A DNA stretch of 64,000 bases from an uncultured Thermomicrobiales bacterium (GCA_964244115.1 CAXTHM010000014.1:330-64329); one strand, 5' to 3'. Positions 18,333 to 27,774 are shown, numbered from the stretch's first letter. The notes: generated by a model from the letters alone, not told the origin. Made by a program: numbers and translations.

Positions 18333-19811
18333 GTGTCCATGGGCCGGAACAGTCGTGGCAGACCATCATCCAGATACCCGGCGGGACGCCTCAGACCACC
18401 CCGGGGGCGGTCCGCGCGTCGGCTGCTGTTCGGGATCATGTTCCTGCTCGGCCTGCTGCTGCCGGTTGCCGGTGACCTCGTCGTCGCCCAGTCAGCTTCG
18501 ACTGACGTCCCCGTGATCAGGCTGGACGGGTCGATCACCCCGGCACTCGCGAACCGCGCGGCCGGGGAGATCGACCGGGCTGGCGACGACGGCGCTCCGG
18601 CGGTCATCCTCGAAATCCAAACCGCGACCGGGACGCTAGCGGCGACCGATACCGTCCGGGACGCGATCCGGGACAGCCGCGTCCCGGTCCTGACCTGGGT
18701 GCCACCCGGCGCGACGGTCGAGGGGCCGGGCGCGGTCGTCGTCCTCGCCGGGCAGGTCGCGGCGATGGCGCCCGACAGCCGGATTACGGTCGCTGGCGGC
18801 TACGCCCGGACGGCCTCGCCGTTCGACGACGACCGCTCCGACATCAACCGGGTGGCGGAGATCACCCGACTCGCGGAGCAGCAGGACCGACCGACCGGAT
18901 GGGTCGCCACGGCGGTCGCGGACGGGACAGTGTTCGCCGCCCCCGACGCAGCCGCGGCCGGGATCATCGACGTGGAGGCGGCGACCCTGGCCGACCTGCT
19001 GGCGGCCGTGGACGGCCGAACGATCGAACTTGCAGCGGGGCCAGCGACCATCGCGACCGCGGGTGCCACGACGTTCACCCCTGATCCGTCGCTGACGGAG
19101 CGGCTCTGGCTGTTCCTGACGCTCCCGACGGTCGCCTACCTGCTGCTCTGCTTCGGTGCGATCGGCCTGCTGCTCGAGATCAGCAGCCCCGGCGTCACCT
19201 TCCCCGGCGTCGCCGGTCTGATCGCCCTCGGGGTGGCGGCCGTCCTGCTCGGCGGGATGCCGCTGAACTGGACCGGGCTGCTGCTGATCGGCGGTGGGCT
19301 CGTCCTGCTGATCGTGGACGTCTTCGTCCCCTCGCTCGGGCTGCTCACCCTCGGCGGGCTGGCGGCGTTCGTCGTCGGCTCGTACGTCCTGTTCGACGAT
19401 GCGGCGTCGGGCTACACCGTCGACCCGGTCGCGATCTGGGTGGTAACGGCCTGCCTGGTCCTGTTCTTCGTCTTCATCGCCGGTTCCGCGATCAAGAGCC
19501 TGCGGCGACGCCCGTACTCCGGGCGGGAGTCGATGGTCGGCCGGCTCGGGGAAGCCCGGACGCCGCTCGCGCCCGAGGGGATGGTCTTCATCGATGGCGA
19601 GCTCTGGGAGGCCCACGCGATCACACTGCATCGCTCCGCCGCCGCCCCGATCATCCCGGCTGGCGCGGCCATCACGGTGACGAAGATCGACGGGCTGCTG
19701 CTCGAGGTCCGGCTCGCCACGACCGACGAGATCGAGCGGACATCGCTCGGTCCCCCGGCGCCTGACCGCCGGACCGTCGTCCCGGTCCAGAGCGGGTCGG
19801 CCGCGGAGTGA
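18333..19811 (+). CDS. NfeD family membrane-bound ClpP-class serine protease
   Basis: N-terminal signal/TM. ClpP-like region: VIRLDGSITPALA...VLTWV.P.GA...GAVVVLAG. Central multi-TM block: LWLFLTLPTVAYLLLCFGAIGLLLEI... C-terminal NfeD OB domain: GRLGEARTPLAPEGMVFIDGELWEA. Followed by an SPFH gene. Confidence 0.8.
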   Translation: MSMGRNSRGRPSSRYPAGRLRPPRGRSARRLLFGIMFLLGLLLPVAGDLVVAQSASTDVPVIRLDGSITPALANRAAGEIDRAGDDGAPAVILEIQTATGTLAATDTVRDAIRDSRVPVLTWVPPGATVEGPGAVVVLAGQVAAMAPDSRITVAGGYARTASPFDDDRSDINRVAEITRLAEQQDRPTGWVATAVADGTVFAAPDAAAAGIIDVEAATLADLLAAVDGRTIELAAGPATIATAGATTFTPDPSLTERLWLFLTLPTVAYLLLCFGAIGLLLEISSPGVTFPGVAGLIALGVAAVLLGGMPLNWTGLLLIGGGLVLLIVDVFVPSLGLLTLGGLAAFVVGSYVLFDDAASGYTVDPVAIWVVTACLVLFFVFIAGSAIKSLRRRPYSGRESMVGRLGEARTPLAPEGMVFIDGELWEAHAITLHRSAAAPIIPAGAAITVTKIDGLLLEVRLATTDEIERTSLGPPAPDRRTVVPVQSGSAAE

Positions 19812-19894
19812 TCGTCGCGGTTCCGCGGTAGATTGAGCGGACCACCCCGTCAGGGCATTCGTCCTCGACCGTCGTCGCACCGAAGGGATTCCCG

Positions 19895-20770
19895 TTGGAA
19901 CCGATCCTCATCGTCGCCATCGTCATCGTCGTCTTCCTCCTGTTCGTGCTGTCATCGACGGTCAAGATCGTCCAGGAGTACGAGCGCGGCGTCGTCTTCC
20001 GGCTCGGGCGGCTGCTCGGACCGCGCGGCCCCGGCATCATCTTCCTGATCCCGTTCGTCGAGCAGATGCGCAAGATCGACCTGCGCACCGTCACGATGGA
20101 CATCCCGGCCCAGGAGGTCATCACCCGCGACAACGTCACGGTTCGGGTCAACGCGGTCGCCTACTTCCGCGTCGTCGACCCGAACGCCGCCGTCGTCAAC
20201 GTGGCCGACTTCATCCGGGCGACGTCGCAGATCTCGCAGACGACGTTGCGGAGCGTCCTCGGCCAGGGTGACCTGGACGACCTGCTCTCGGAGCGGGAGA
20301 AGATCAACCAGGAGCTCCAGCGGATCATCGACGAGCAGACCGAGCCGTGGGGCGTCAAGGTCAGCGTCGTCGAGGTCAAGGACGTCGAGCTGCCGCCGAG
20401 CATGCAGCGGGCGATGGCCCGGCAGGCGGAGGCCGAGCGGGAGAAGCGGGCCAAGATCATCCACGCCGAGGGTGAGTTCCAGGCCAGCCAGCAGCTCGCG
20501 AAGGCCGCCGACGTGATCAACCAGAACCCGGTCACGATCCAGCTCCGCTACCTCCAGACGCTGACCGAGATCGGCGCCGAGCAGAACACGACGGTCATCG
20601 TCGCGCTGCCGGCCGACGCCAGCGGCATCCCGGGCGGCGTCGCCCACTCGATGACCCGCGCCGTGATGGGCACCGGCTCCGTCGCTGGGGCGGCGAGCGA
20701 GGCCAACCAGCAGCAGCGCGGCGAGCGCCAGACCCGGAGCACCGAGGACGACGTCTGGAACGGGGTCTGA
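19895..20770 (+). CDS. SPFH/Band-7 (stomatin/slipin-like) protein
   Basis: [43 protein letters not shown]..., [36 protein letters not shown]. Confidence 0.9.
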   Translation: MEPILIVAIVIVVFLLFVLSSTVKIVQEYERGVVFRLGRLLGPRGPGIIFLIPFVEQMRKIDLRTVTMDIPAQEVITRDNVTVRVNAVAYFRVVDPNAAVVNVADFIRATSQISQTTLRSVLGQGDLDDLLSEREKINQELQRIIDEQTEPWGVKVSVVEVKDVELPPSMQRAMARQAEAEREKRAKIIHAEGEFQASQQLAKAADVINQNPVTIQLRYLQTLTEIGAEQNTTVIVALPADASGIPGGVAHSMTRAVMGTGSVAGAASEANQQQRGERQTRSTEDDVWNGV

Positions 20771-20800
20771 CCGAACTCCGATGGGGTGGGTTTCGTCTGA

Positions 20801-20969
20801 GACCGGGCGCTGAAGCCGCCCGGCAACTCGAAGAAGGGGACAGCATCAGTCCATCCAGCTGACCGGTCGTTATTCAAGCAATGGACAGCGTGTCGCGACG
20901 TAGACAACCGCCACACTATGCAGAGCGTCCGCGGTTTTCCGAGTTGCCGGGCGGCTTCAGCGCCCGGTC
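20801..20969. mobile_element. family-B MITE-like element with 30-bp perfect terminal inverted repeats
   Basis: 20801-20830 GACCGGGCGCTGAAGCCGCCCGGCAACTCG is the exact reverse complement of 20940-20969. Each arm is itself a CCGGGCG..CGCCCGG hairpin. About 109-bp core with no ORF. Confidence 0.7.
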
Positions 20970-21060
20970 CAGGTAGAGGCGGCTCCCCCTATCCTTGCGA
21001 CGAGCGGCTCGTGGCCATCGTGATGACACGTTCGCCGATCGTCGCCGAAGAGGAACCCCC

Positions 21061-21570
21061 ATGTCACCAAGCTGGATCACGCCCGAGACGGCCGTCGCCA
21101 CGATCGAGGATCTGCTCGCCCTGCTGATGAGCGGCTACACCGTCGAACTGGTCCCGCTCGACCTGATCGGCCCGGACCGCGCCCTGCTCCGCCTGACCGG
21201 GCAGGACGGTGACGCGATTGCGCCCCACGAGGTCTGGATCGCGACGATGCGCGGCCTCGGCGACGGTGTCCGGCAGCTCCGGGAGCTGGCACTCGGTGCC
21301 GACGATGCGGGTGATGAGCGCCCGGACTCCGTATCGGCCAATCAGGCTGGCGGGCTGCCGCTGGGGCTGATGGCCGCGATGATGGGCATGGGAGGCAGTG
21401 TCCCGGCAGGTTCGACCGGCGAAGCCGAGCAGCCAAAGCAGGTCCGGAAGACGGACCCGGCCGCGATGGCTGACGCGATCACCGCCGCCCTTCGCCCCGC
21501 CCGCCAAATCCCCCATGAGAACCAGGAACCTGACAGCGCGTCGTCGTCTATCGACGATACCCGACCATAG
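21061..21570 (+). CDS. hypothetical protein
   Basis: 169 aa from the ATG at 21061 (MSPSWITPETAVATIEDLLALL...). GC3-biased, with no motif recognised. The last codons and the stop lie inside the family-C repeat arm. Confidence 0.5.
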   Translation: MSPSWITPETAVATIEDLLALLMSGYTVELVPLDLIGPDRALLRLTGQDGDAIAPHEVWIATMRGLGDGVRQLRELALGADDAGDERPDSVSANQAGGLPLGLMAAMMGMGGSVPAGSTGEAEQPKQVRKTDPAAMADAITAALRPARQIPHENQEPDSASSSIDDTRP

Positions 21571-21771
21571 ATGGCTCGGGCTCAGGAACGACAACCGGTT
21601 CGGGGATCGGTTTCATCAACAATCGCTTCACGCGGCAAATGCATGGATCACCCATACGGATCGACCACATTGAAATGACACCTTTGCCGAATTCGGTTCG
21701 GTTCAAACCAGGACACGATAGACCAATCCGCTCGTAACATCGTTCCTGAGCCCGATCCATTCATGGTCGGG
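21560..21771. mobile_element. family-C MITE-like element (about 210 bp)
   Basis: Arms CCCGACCATAGATGGCTCGGGCTCAGGAACGA (21560-21591) and TCGTTCCTGAGCCCGATCCATTCATGGTCGGG (21740-21771) are near-perfect inverted repeats. The core is visibly less GC-rich than the surroundings. Confidence 0.65.
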
Positions 21772-21798
21772 TCCCGCGAGACGGGCAGAGCTTCTCAA

Positions 21799-22443
21799 CT
21801 ACAGGTCGCGCTGGCGGTACTGCGGCAGGGACCAGCCGGAGACGATGCCATAGGCCCGGACGCCGAGGGCGACCAGGGTGGCGATGATGGTCTGCGTGAC
21901 CGGGTCGGCGCCGAGCCGGTCCAGCGCCAGGACGGCGATGCTCCCGATGACGGCGGCCGTGGCGTAGAGGTCCTTGTGCAGGATCAGCGGCATCGTGTCG
22001 CTGAGCAGATCCCGCAGGACGCCGCCACCGACCGCCGTTAGGACACCGAGCAGCACCGCCGAGACCGCCGGGACGTCGTACGTCATCGCCAACTGGGTGC
22101 CGGAGACCGCGAAGATCGCCAGCCCGACGGCGTCGGCCCAGACGAGGACGCCCCGCCGGGGGACCTCCAGCCGCGCCAGCAGCGGGGCGCCGAAGAACGT
22201 CACCGCCCCGGCCAGCGCGGCGACGATCAGGAAGCTCGGGTCGCGCACCCAGGTGACCGGGCCGATCCCGAGCAGCAGGTCGCGCATCGTCCCGCCGCCG
22301 GTCCCGGTCACCATCGCGATCACGACGAACCCGAACAGGTCCATCCCGCGGCGGGCGGCCGTCAGCCCGCCGCTCAGGCCGAAGACGGCCGTCCCGATGT
22401 AACTGAGGACATCGATCGTCGCCTCAGTGAAGGTCAGGTCCAC
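21799..22443 (-). CDS. trimeric intracellular cation channel family / UPF0126 (YadS-YicG-like) membrane protein
   Basis: Two UPF0126 repeats with GTGGGTMRDLLLG and AVGGGVLRDLLS motifs. About 7 TM helices. Confidence 0.75.
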   Translation of the reverse strand: MDLTFTEATIDVLSYIGTAVFGLSGGLTAARRGMDLFGFVVIAMVTGTGGGTMRDLLLGIGPVTWVRDPSFLIVAALAGAVTFFGAPLLARLEVPRRGVLVWADAVGLAIFAVSGTQLAMTYDVPAVSAVLLGVLTAVGGGVLRDLLSDTMPLILHKDLYATAAVIGSIAVLALDRLGADPVTQTIIATLVALGVRAYGIVSGWSLPQYRQRDL

Positions 22444-22517
22444 CGGCTCCCCTGGCCTGAGGGCAGGCGGCCCACGTCATCGTCGCTGCCCGCCCACTCC
22501 GAGAGCATCGCCGCCGC

Positions 22518-23138
22518 TCAGACCTTCTCGGCCAGCCAGTGCTTCTCGCGACCGAACGTCGTCGGCTCGCCGTGACCGGAGTAGACGACGACATCGTCCG
22601 GCAGGTCCTTGATGCGGGCGAGGCTGTGGTCCATCGTCGCCTGGTCGGAGCCGGCGATGTCCGTCCGGCCGTGGCCGTTCGGGAAGAGGACGTCGCCGCC
22701 GAGGAACATCCGGTCCTTCTCGCTGTAGAGGACGATGTGATTCGGCTCGTGGCCGGGGAGATACATGACCGTGAAGACCGACCCGCCGAGCTGGACGAGG
22801 TCGCCGTCGGCCAGGGTCGCGTCCAGTTCGGACGGCGGGATCGTCATCGGCGCGGTGGTGGACGGGTGGCGGAGCGTCTCGGCGAGGTCGGCGTAACCCA
22901 CCAGCGGGGCGCCGGTCGCCTCGTGGAGGGCGGCGGCATCCCCGATGTGGTCCCAGTGCCCGTGGGTGATCACGATCCGGGTGAGCTGGAGCGACTGGCG
23001 CTGGGCGGCGGCCGTGATCGGCCCGGTCACGCCCGGAGGCGCGTCGATGATGAGCGCCTCGCCGGTCTCGGCGTCGCTGACGAGGTAGGCGTTCGTGGCG
23101 GCGGGTCCGCTGGGGAAGGTCTCGATCTTCAGCGTCAT
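22518..23138 (-). CDS. MBL-fold metallo-hydrolase (glyoxalase II-like)
   Basis: NAYLVSD..ALIIDAPPG, ITHGHWDHIGD (HxHxDH), LPGHEPNH, GHGRTD. Start set at MTLKIETF (ATG 23138, GAAGGAA RBS); the track ORF extends to 23252. Confidence 0.8.
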   Translation of the reverse strand: MTLKIETFPSGPAATNAYLVSDAETGEALIIDAPPGVTGPITAAAQRQSLQLTRIVITHGHWDHIGDAAALHEATGAPLVGYADLAETLRHPSTTAPMTIPPSELDATLADGDLVQLGGSVFTVMYLPGHEPNHIVLYSEKDRMFLGGDVLFPNGHGRTDIAGSDQATMDHSLARIKDLPDDVVVYSGHGEPTTFGREKHWLAEKV

Positions 23139-23424
23139 CAGGGGTTCCTTCATCATTTCGTAGCCGATCGTCCGGAATACCATCCGATGGTCCCGCATGG
23201 CCCGGAGCGTGCGGAGGGGGCGGGAGGCAGGCATCACCCTATCACGATGCATGCCCCCTGGTTCACGGTCGACGCCGATGAGCCATCCCGGTCATGTCGT
23301 TAGGGTTCGTTCGAGTCAGCGAGGTCGATCCATTCCCCCGGTACAGCGGATCACCCCATCCGGCCAGACCGATTGACCGGTCAGTCGGATCCCGATTCAC
23401 CGCCCGGCAATACAGGTACCGCAT

Positions 23425-23820
23425 GTGACGACGACCGCTCGACAACAGACCATCCTCGTCGTCGACGACGAGCGATTCATCGTCTCCCTCCTGACAGAGA
23501 TCCTCGAGGAAGAGGGCTATCTCGTCCGCATTGCCAGTGACGGCGAGGCCGCGCTCCAGGAGATCGCGACGACCCGGCCCGATCTCGTCGTCGCGGACAT
23601 CATGATGCCCCGTCTGGACGGTCTGACGCTCGCGGCGACGCTGCGATCCTGGCCCCTGCCGATCCCCGTCATCCTGATGAGCGCGGCCGTCACGCCACGC
23701 AGCCACGGCGTCTCGTTCATCCCCAAGCCGTTCGACATCGACGACCTGCTCATCGCCGTCGGCCGGATCCTCGGGCCGTCGCCGGGCCACCACACTGGGT
23801 CACCCAGCCACCACGGTTGA
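23425..23820 (+). CDS. single-domain response regulator (CheY-like receiver)
   Basis: ILVVDDERFI, DLVVADIMMPRLDG (phospho-acceptor Asp), PVILMSA, IPKPFDIDDL. Confidence 0.8.
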   Translation: MTTTARQQTILVVDDERFIVSLLTEILEEEGYLVRIASDGEAALQEIATTRPDLVVADIMMPRLDGLTLAATLRSWPLPIPVILMSAAVTPRSHGVSFIPKPFDIDDLLIAVGRILGPSPGHHTGSPSHHG

Positions 23821-23823
23821 CGG

Positions 23824-24636
23824 TCAGGCGTCGTCCTCGGACCCTTCCTGCGCGGCGATGATCAGATCCCGGACGGCGGCGGGGCGCATCCCCCCGATCG
23901 ACTGGCCGATCAGATCCTCGACGTCGGTACGATTCGTCAGCCCCCGCTCCCCAGCCCAGCGCCAGAACGCCTGGTGCGAGACCCCTGCGTCGTCATCGGC
24001 ATCGTTCTGGGTCGGGCTCGCCCTCTCCGGGGGAGGGGTCGCGGCCGGCGGCGTGGTGTCCCGTCGCTGGGAGCTGGAGGACTCGGTCTCGATCGGGCGT
24101 GGCGGCGGGGCCGCCGGACGGCTCTGGGCGGTCATCGTCCCTGCCGGCGGGTCCTCGTTCTGGCCTTCAGGGGGTCGGGGCGCGGCCGTGATGGACCGAG
24201 CCCCGAGCCGCATCCCGGTTGCCGAGGCGACCGCGGCGGCCGACGGCGATGTCCCGAGGTTATACGGGTCGGACGGCGACGCGTCGGCGACGGCCTGGTA
24301 GAGGCCACTCCCGGCGTACGGCGCATCGGGCCCGTCGTCGCGCTCCTCGTACCCGTCGTCATCGGTGGGGACCCGGCCGTCGTAGGCGTCCTGGTCGACG
24401 CCGAGCAGCGCCATCGCCCGGGCCAGTGCCCGCCCCTCAGCCAGCGCGATCGCATCCACGCCAGAGCCGGCGACACTGCCGTACCCCGTCGCCTCCGCGC
24501 CCGTCGGCAGCGTGATCGTCGCCCGGAACACCGTCAACGGCCCGTCGAGCGTGACGTGCTCCGTCCGGACCCGCATCGCCGGGAATTCGGCCCGCACGTC
24601 GTTGAGTGCCGCGACGATCGCGCCCTCCGCTTCCAT
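23824..24636 (-). CDS. hypothetical protein (Pro/Ala-rich linker)
   Basis: 270 aa. Folded-looking N-terminus (RVRTEHVTLDGPLTVFRATITLPTGAEATGYG), a long P/A/D-rich middle, and a helical C-terminus (HQAFWRWAGERGLTNRTDVEDLIG). No motif recognised. Confidence 0.5.
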   Translation of the reverse strand: MEAEGAIVAALNDVRAEFPAMRVRTEHVTLDGPLTVFRATITLPTGAEATGYGSVAGSGVDAIALAEGRALARAMALLGVDQDAYDGRVPTDDDGYEERDDGPDAPYAGSGLYQAVADASPSDPYNLGTSPSAAAVASATGMRLGARSITAAPRPPEGQNEDPPAGTMTAQSRPAAPPPRPIETESSSSQRRDTTPPAATPPPERASPTQNDADDDAGVSHQAFWRWAGERGLTNRTDVEDLIGQSIGGMRPAAVRDLIIAAQEGSEDDA

Positions 24637-24936
24637 GAATCGTCCTCTCCCGTTCGATCAGCACCGGCTGGTACCGGTTGGCACCATCGCCCGTCCCGTA
24701 TTCCGGCATCGGTCGTGCTGGCCGGTCGGCAGGCTGGGTCGTCCCCGTGATCGCATCCCCCGCGCCGCGCCGGTCGGTTGCGCTCCGCGACATCCTACGA
24801 CGAAGTGGCGCCTCAGGACGGTTCCAGCCCGTTCGCACCGCCCCTCACGCACCGGTTGCCGGCGCGGGAGCGCCCGGCTGTGCCATCCTCCGCGGCGCGG
24901 CCCGCTTCCCGGGTCGTGGACGAGGAGCCATACCCC

Positions 24937-25281
24937 ATGACTGACACCCCGAACAGTACCCCTGACGCGACGACCGGCGACGCCAGGCCGGGCGTAGATG
25001 ACCACCCCAGTCGTCGCGACCCGATCACCGTGCTCGACATGGTCTGGCCGGAGACCGGGCTGCCCGTCTCCGTCCGCATCGACCGCCGCCCGCAGGACAC
25101 GATCTCCGAAGACGACGCCGTCCACCTCGAACTCGACTTCGTCACCCTCGCCCTGTCGCCGCTGGAGTTCATCCAGCTCGCGGCCTCGCTGCGAATGAGC
25201 GTCGATGCCCTGCTCGACCAGCACCCGGGTCTCCAGCGAGCCGTGATCGCCGCCTTCGACCTGCGCAAGGACGACCGCTGA
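24937..25281 (+). CDS. hypothetical protein
   Basis: 114 aa from ATG 24937 with a GGACGAGGAG RBS. No motif recognised. Confidence 0.45.
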   Translation: MTDTPNSTPDATTGDARPGVDDHPSRRDPITVLDMVWPETGLPVSVRIDRRPQDTISEDDAVHLELDFVTLALSPLEFIQLAASLRMSVDALLDQHPGLQRAVIAAFDLRKDDR

Positions 25282-25466
25282 CGACGAGAGCAGGTGACCT
25301 GACCCGTCCAGACGGCTAGGCCGGTGGCTGCCCACCCGTCTGATGCTGGCCCTCCCGCGAGTCCGTAGGCTGAGCAGCAGACATCCGGGCGACTTCGCTC
25401 GCTGCCGACGTCCGCCGCGGGCATCCGGCCCGGCCGAACCGATCACGACAGGAAGGTCTCGCCACC

Positions 25467-26381
25467 ATGTCCACGACCACGCCATCCGACCTCCTCAGCA
25501 CGCTCTCCGAGGGCATGGCCGACGCCGTCGCCCATGCCGCCAGCGCCATCGTCACCGTCAACGGCCGTCGCCGCCTGCCGGCCAGCGGCATCGTCTGGGA
25601 CGCCCAAACCGTCGTCACCGCCAGCCACGTCGTCGAGCGCGATGACAACCTCACGATCGGCCTGCCGGACGGCACGACCGTCCCGGCGACACTGGTCGGC
25701 CGCGACCACGGCAGCGACCTCGTCGTCCTCTCCGCCGAACTGGGCGGGATCGCCCCGATCGCGCGGGCGGCGCACCCTGCCCGCGTCGGTCAGCTCGCCC
25801 TCGCCATCGGCCGGGCCGGTTCGGACGGCGTCCGGGCGACCTTCGGCGCGATCAGCACCGTCGGCGGCGCCTGGCGGACGATCAACGGCAGCAAGGTCTC
25901 GGGCTACGTCCGGGCCGAACTGACGATGCTGCCGGGCTTCTCCGGTGGGCCGCTCGTCTCGACCGCCGGTGAACTGATCGGGCTCAACACCAGCGCCCTC
26001 GGCCGCGACGGCGGGATCACCCTGCCGGTCTCCGCGATCGAGCCGATCGTCGCCGATCTCCGGGAGCACGGCCGCCTCCGCCGCGGCTACCTCGGCATCG
26101 CCAGCCAGAGCGTCGACATCCCGGCCAGCATGGTCGAGACCGTCGCGACGGGGCAGGCCCACGGCCTCCTGATCGTCCACGTCGAGCCCGACGGCCCGGC
26201 CCACACCGCCGGTCTGCTGCTCGGCGACGTCCTGCTGACGATCGATGGTCAGCCGGTCACGGACACGGGCACGCTCCAGGAGCAGCTCGGCCCCGAGACG
26301 GTCGGCACGGCCCTCGGCGCTCGCACCCTGCGCGGTGGTGCGATCATGGATCTGACCATTACGGTCGGCACCCGGCAGTGA
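25467..26381 (+). CDS. S1C (HtrA/DegP-like) trypsin-fold serine protease with PDZ domain
   Basis: VVTASHVV (His), GSDLVVLS (Asp), LPGFSGGPLV (Ser). PDZ: GLLIVHVEPDGPAHTAGLLLGDVLLTIDGQPV. Confidence 0.85.
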   Translation: MSTTTPSDLLSTLSEGMADAVAHAASAIVTVNGRRRLPASGIVWDAQTVVTASHVVERDDNLTIGLPDGTTVPATLVGRDHGSDLVVLSAELGGIAPIARAAHPARVGQLALAIGRAGSDGVRATFGAISTVGGAWRTINGSKVSGYVRAELTMLPGFSGGPLVSTAGELIGLNTSALGRDGGITLPVSAIEPIVADLREHGRLRRGYLGIASQSVDIPASMVETVATGQAHGLLIVHVEPDGPAHTAGLLLGDVLLTIDGQPVTDTGTLQEQLGPETVGTALGARTLRGGAIMDLTITVGTRQ

Positions 26382-27166
26382 GTGCGCTGCTGGCACCGGG
26401 GTTGCCTGCACAGGCGGCAGGGCGGCGCCCCACGCCGACCCTCGGCGTCGTCGCCACCAAGGACGGACCCGTCGCCATGGCCGTGCTGATGTCGCCAACC
26501 GGAATCGACGAGACACCCGACCAGCCGACGCTGGTCCGGGTGCTTGTCCTGGCGCGCTCCCCGGCGGTCCGGGCCGGGCTGGGGGCGCTGCTGACGACGG
26601 ACGACCGGATCGTGATGGTCACGACGCCGGGCGTCGCGAGCGGCTGGCTCCGGACGAGCGATCCGCGGCTCGACGCCCCGGAGCCGCTCGACGCGATCGT
26701 CGTCGATCTGCCCAGCTTCGACCCGTCGGCGCTGGACGACATCGCCGAGCGATTCCCCGGCACCCCGATGATCCTGCTCGGCGGCGACCCGGCCGCCTCG
26801 CCGCCGCTGGTCGACGCCCCGACCGGCTACCTGAGTACCGACGCCGACAGCGCGTCCCTGATGGCGGCGGTCCACGCCGTCGTCGCCGGGCTGACCGTGA
26901 TCGACCCGGCGCTGGTGACGCGGTTCGGCGCCCGTCCGGGGACGCCCTCCGCGCCGGACGGCGGTGGGGAGACGCTGACCCCGCGGGAGCGCGAGGTCCT
27001 GCGGCTCGTCGCCGAGGGGCTGCCGAACAAGACGATCGCCCGCGAACTCGGGATCAGCGAGCACACCGCCAAGTTCCACGTCGGCTCACTGCTGGCGAAG
27101 CTCGACGCCGGCAGCCGGACCGAGGCCGTCACCACGGCCACTCGGCGGGGCCTACTGACGGTTTGA
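26378..27166 (+). CDS. LuxR/NarL-family DNA-binding regulator with atypical receiver-like domain
   Basis: C-terminal HTH: LTPREREVLRLVAEGLPNKTIARELGISEHTAKFHVGSLLAKL. The N-terminal receiver-like fold has VLVLARSP in place of the usual acidic DD pair. GTG start overlaps the protease stop (GTGA); the true start may be the ATG at 26477. Confidence 0.75.
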   Translation: MSALLAPGLPAQAAGRRPTPTLGVVATKDGPVAMAVLMSPTGIDETPDQPTLVRVLVLARSPAVRAGLGALLTTDDRIVMVTTPGVASGWLRTSDPRLDAPEPLDAIVVDLPSFDPSALDDIAERFPGTPMILLGGDPAASPPLVDAPTGYLSTDADSASLMAAVHAVVAGLTVIDPALVTRFGARPGTPSAPDGGGETLTPREREVLRLVAEGLPNKTIARELGISEHTAKFHVGSLLAKLDAGSRTEAVTTATRRGLLTV

Positions 27167-27308
27167 TCTGGCGGTCGATGACCGGACGTTACCTGGACTG
27201 ATGAATACGCCGACAGATCACCCCGGCGCTTCGCCATTCCGTGAGGCGCTGGTGTGGTCTGTCGTTCATGCGTCGCGGATACAAGGAAAGTCCTGAACAG
27301 GCCGCTTT

Positions 27309-27757
27309 TCCGGGCGCTAAAGCGACCCGGCTCAGGGGTGATTCCTGGAGTTGGCTGGCGGAGATGCGAAGCGGCAGATCATCCGGGACCGGGCGCTAAA
27401 GCCGCCCGGCAACCCGAAGATGGGCGGCGCTGTTGGGGATCAACGCGGCAACTGGTGGGGAGCAGTGGCAGATGTTTTTGGTCGTTGCCGGGTGACTTTG
27501 GCGCCCGGTCATGCTGGAACCTCGAATGCTCGCCAATCTCCCCTGAGCCGGGTCGCTTTAGCGCCCGGTTACGCCGACCGCCGACCGGCAACCCCAAGAT
27601 CGTCTGCCGCTACCTCCACCATTCACCGCGTTGATCCCCAACATCACCGCCCATCTTCGTGTTGCCGGGCGGCTTTAGCGCCCGGTTGCGCTGGCGGATT
27701 CACCCAGATTCGTCACCCATCACCTCTGAGCCGGGTCGCTTTAGCGCCCGGTTGCGC
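27309..27757. repeat. nest of six family-B hairpin units forming nested inverted repeats
   Basis: Units at about 27309-27340, 27387-27420, 27483-27510, 27540-27575, 27659-27692 and 27721-27757. 27387-27448 is the inverted repeat of 27626-27686 (3 mismatches in ~61 nt), and 27309-27340 is the inverted repeat of 27721-27752. Confidence 0.75.
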
Positions 27758-27774
27758 CAACCGACCGCCGACTG

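Noticed and set aside
18333-20770. NfeD-SPFH pair as a novel system
   Set aside because: This is a well-known, widespread two-gene operon (membrane protease plus stomatin-like scaffold), and nothing is unusual in sequence or arrangement.
27309-27757. Possible CRISPR array (many copies of a ~27-nt palindromic unit in 450 bp)
   Set aside because: The units occur in both orientations with irregular spacing, and the 'spacers' are themselves inverted copies of each other. No cas genes are nearby. This fits nested REP/MITE-like repeats, not a CRISPR array.
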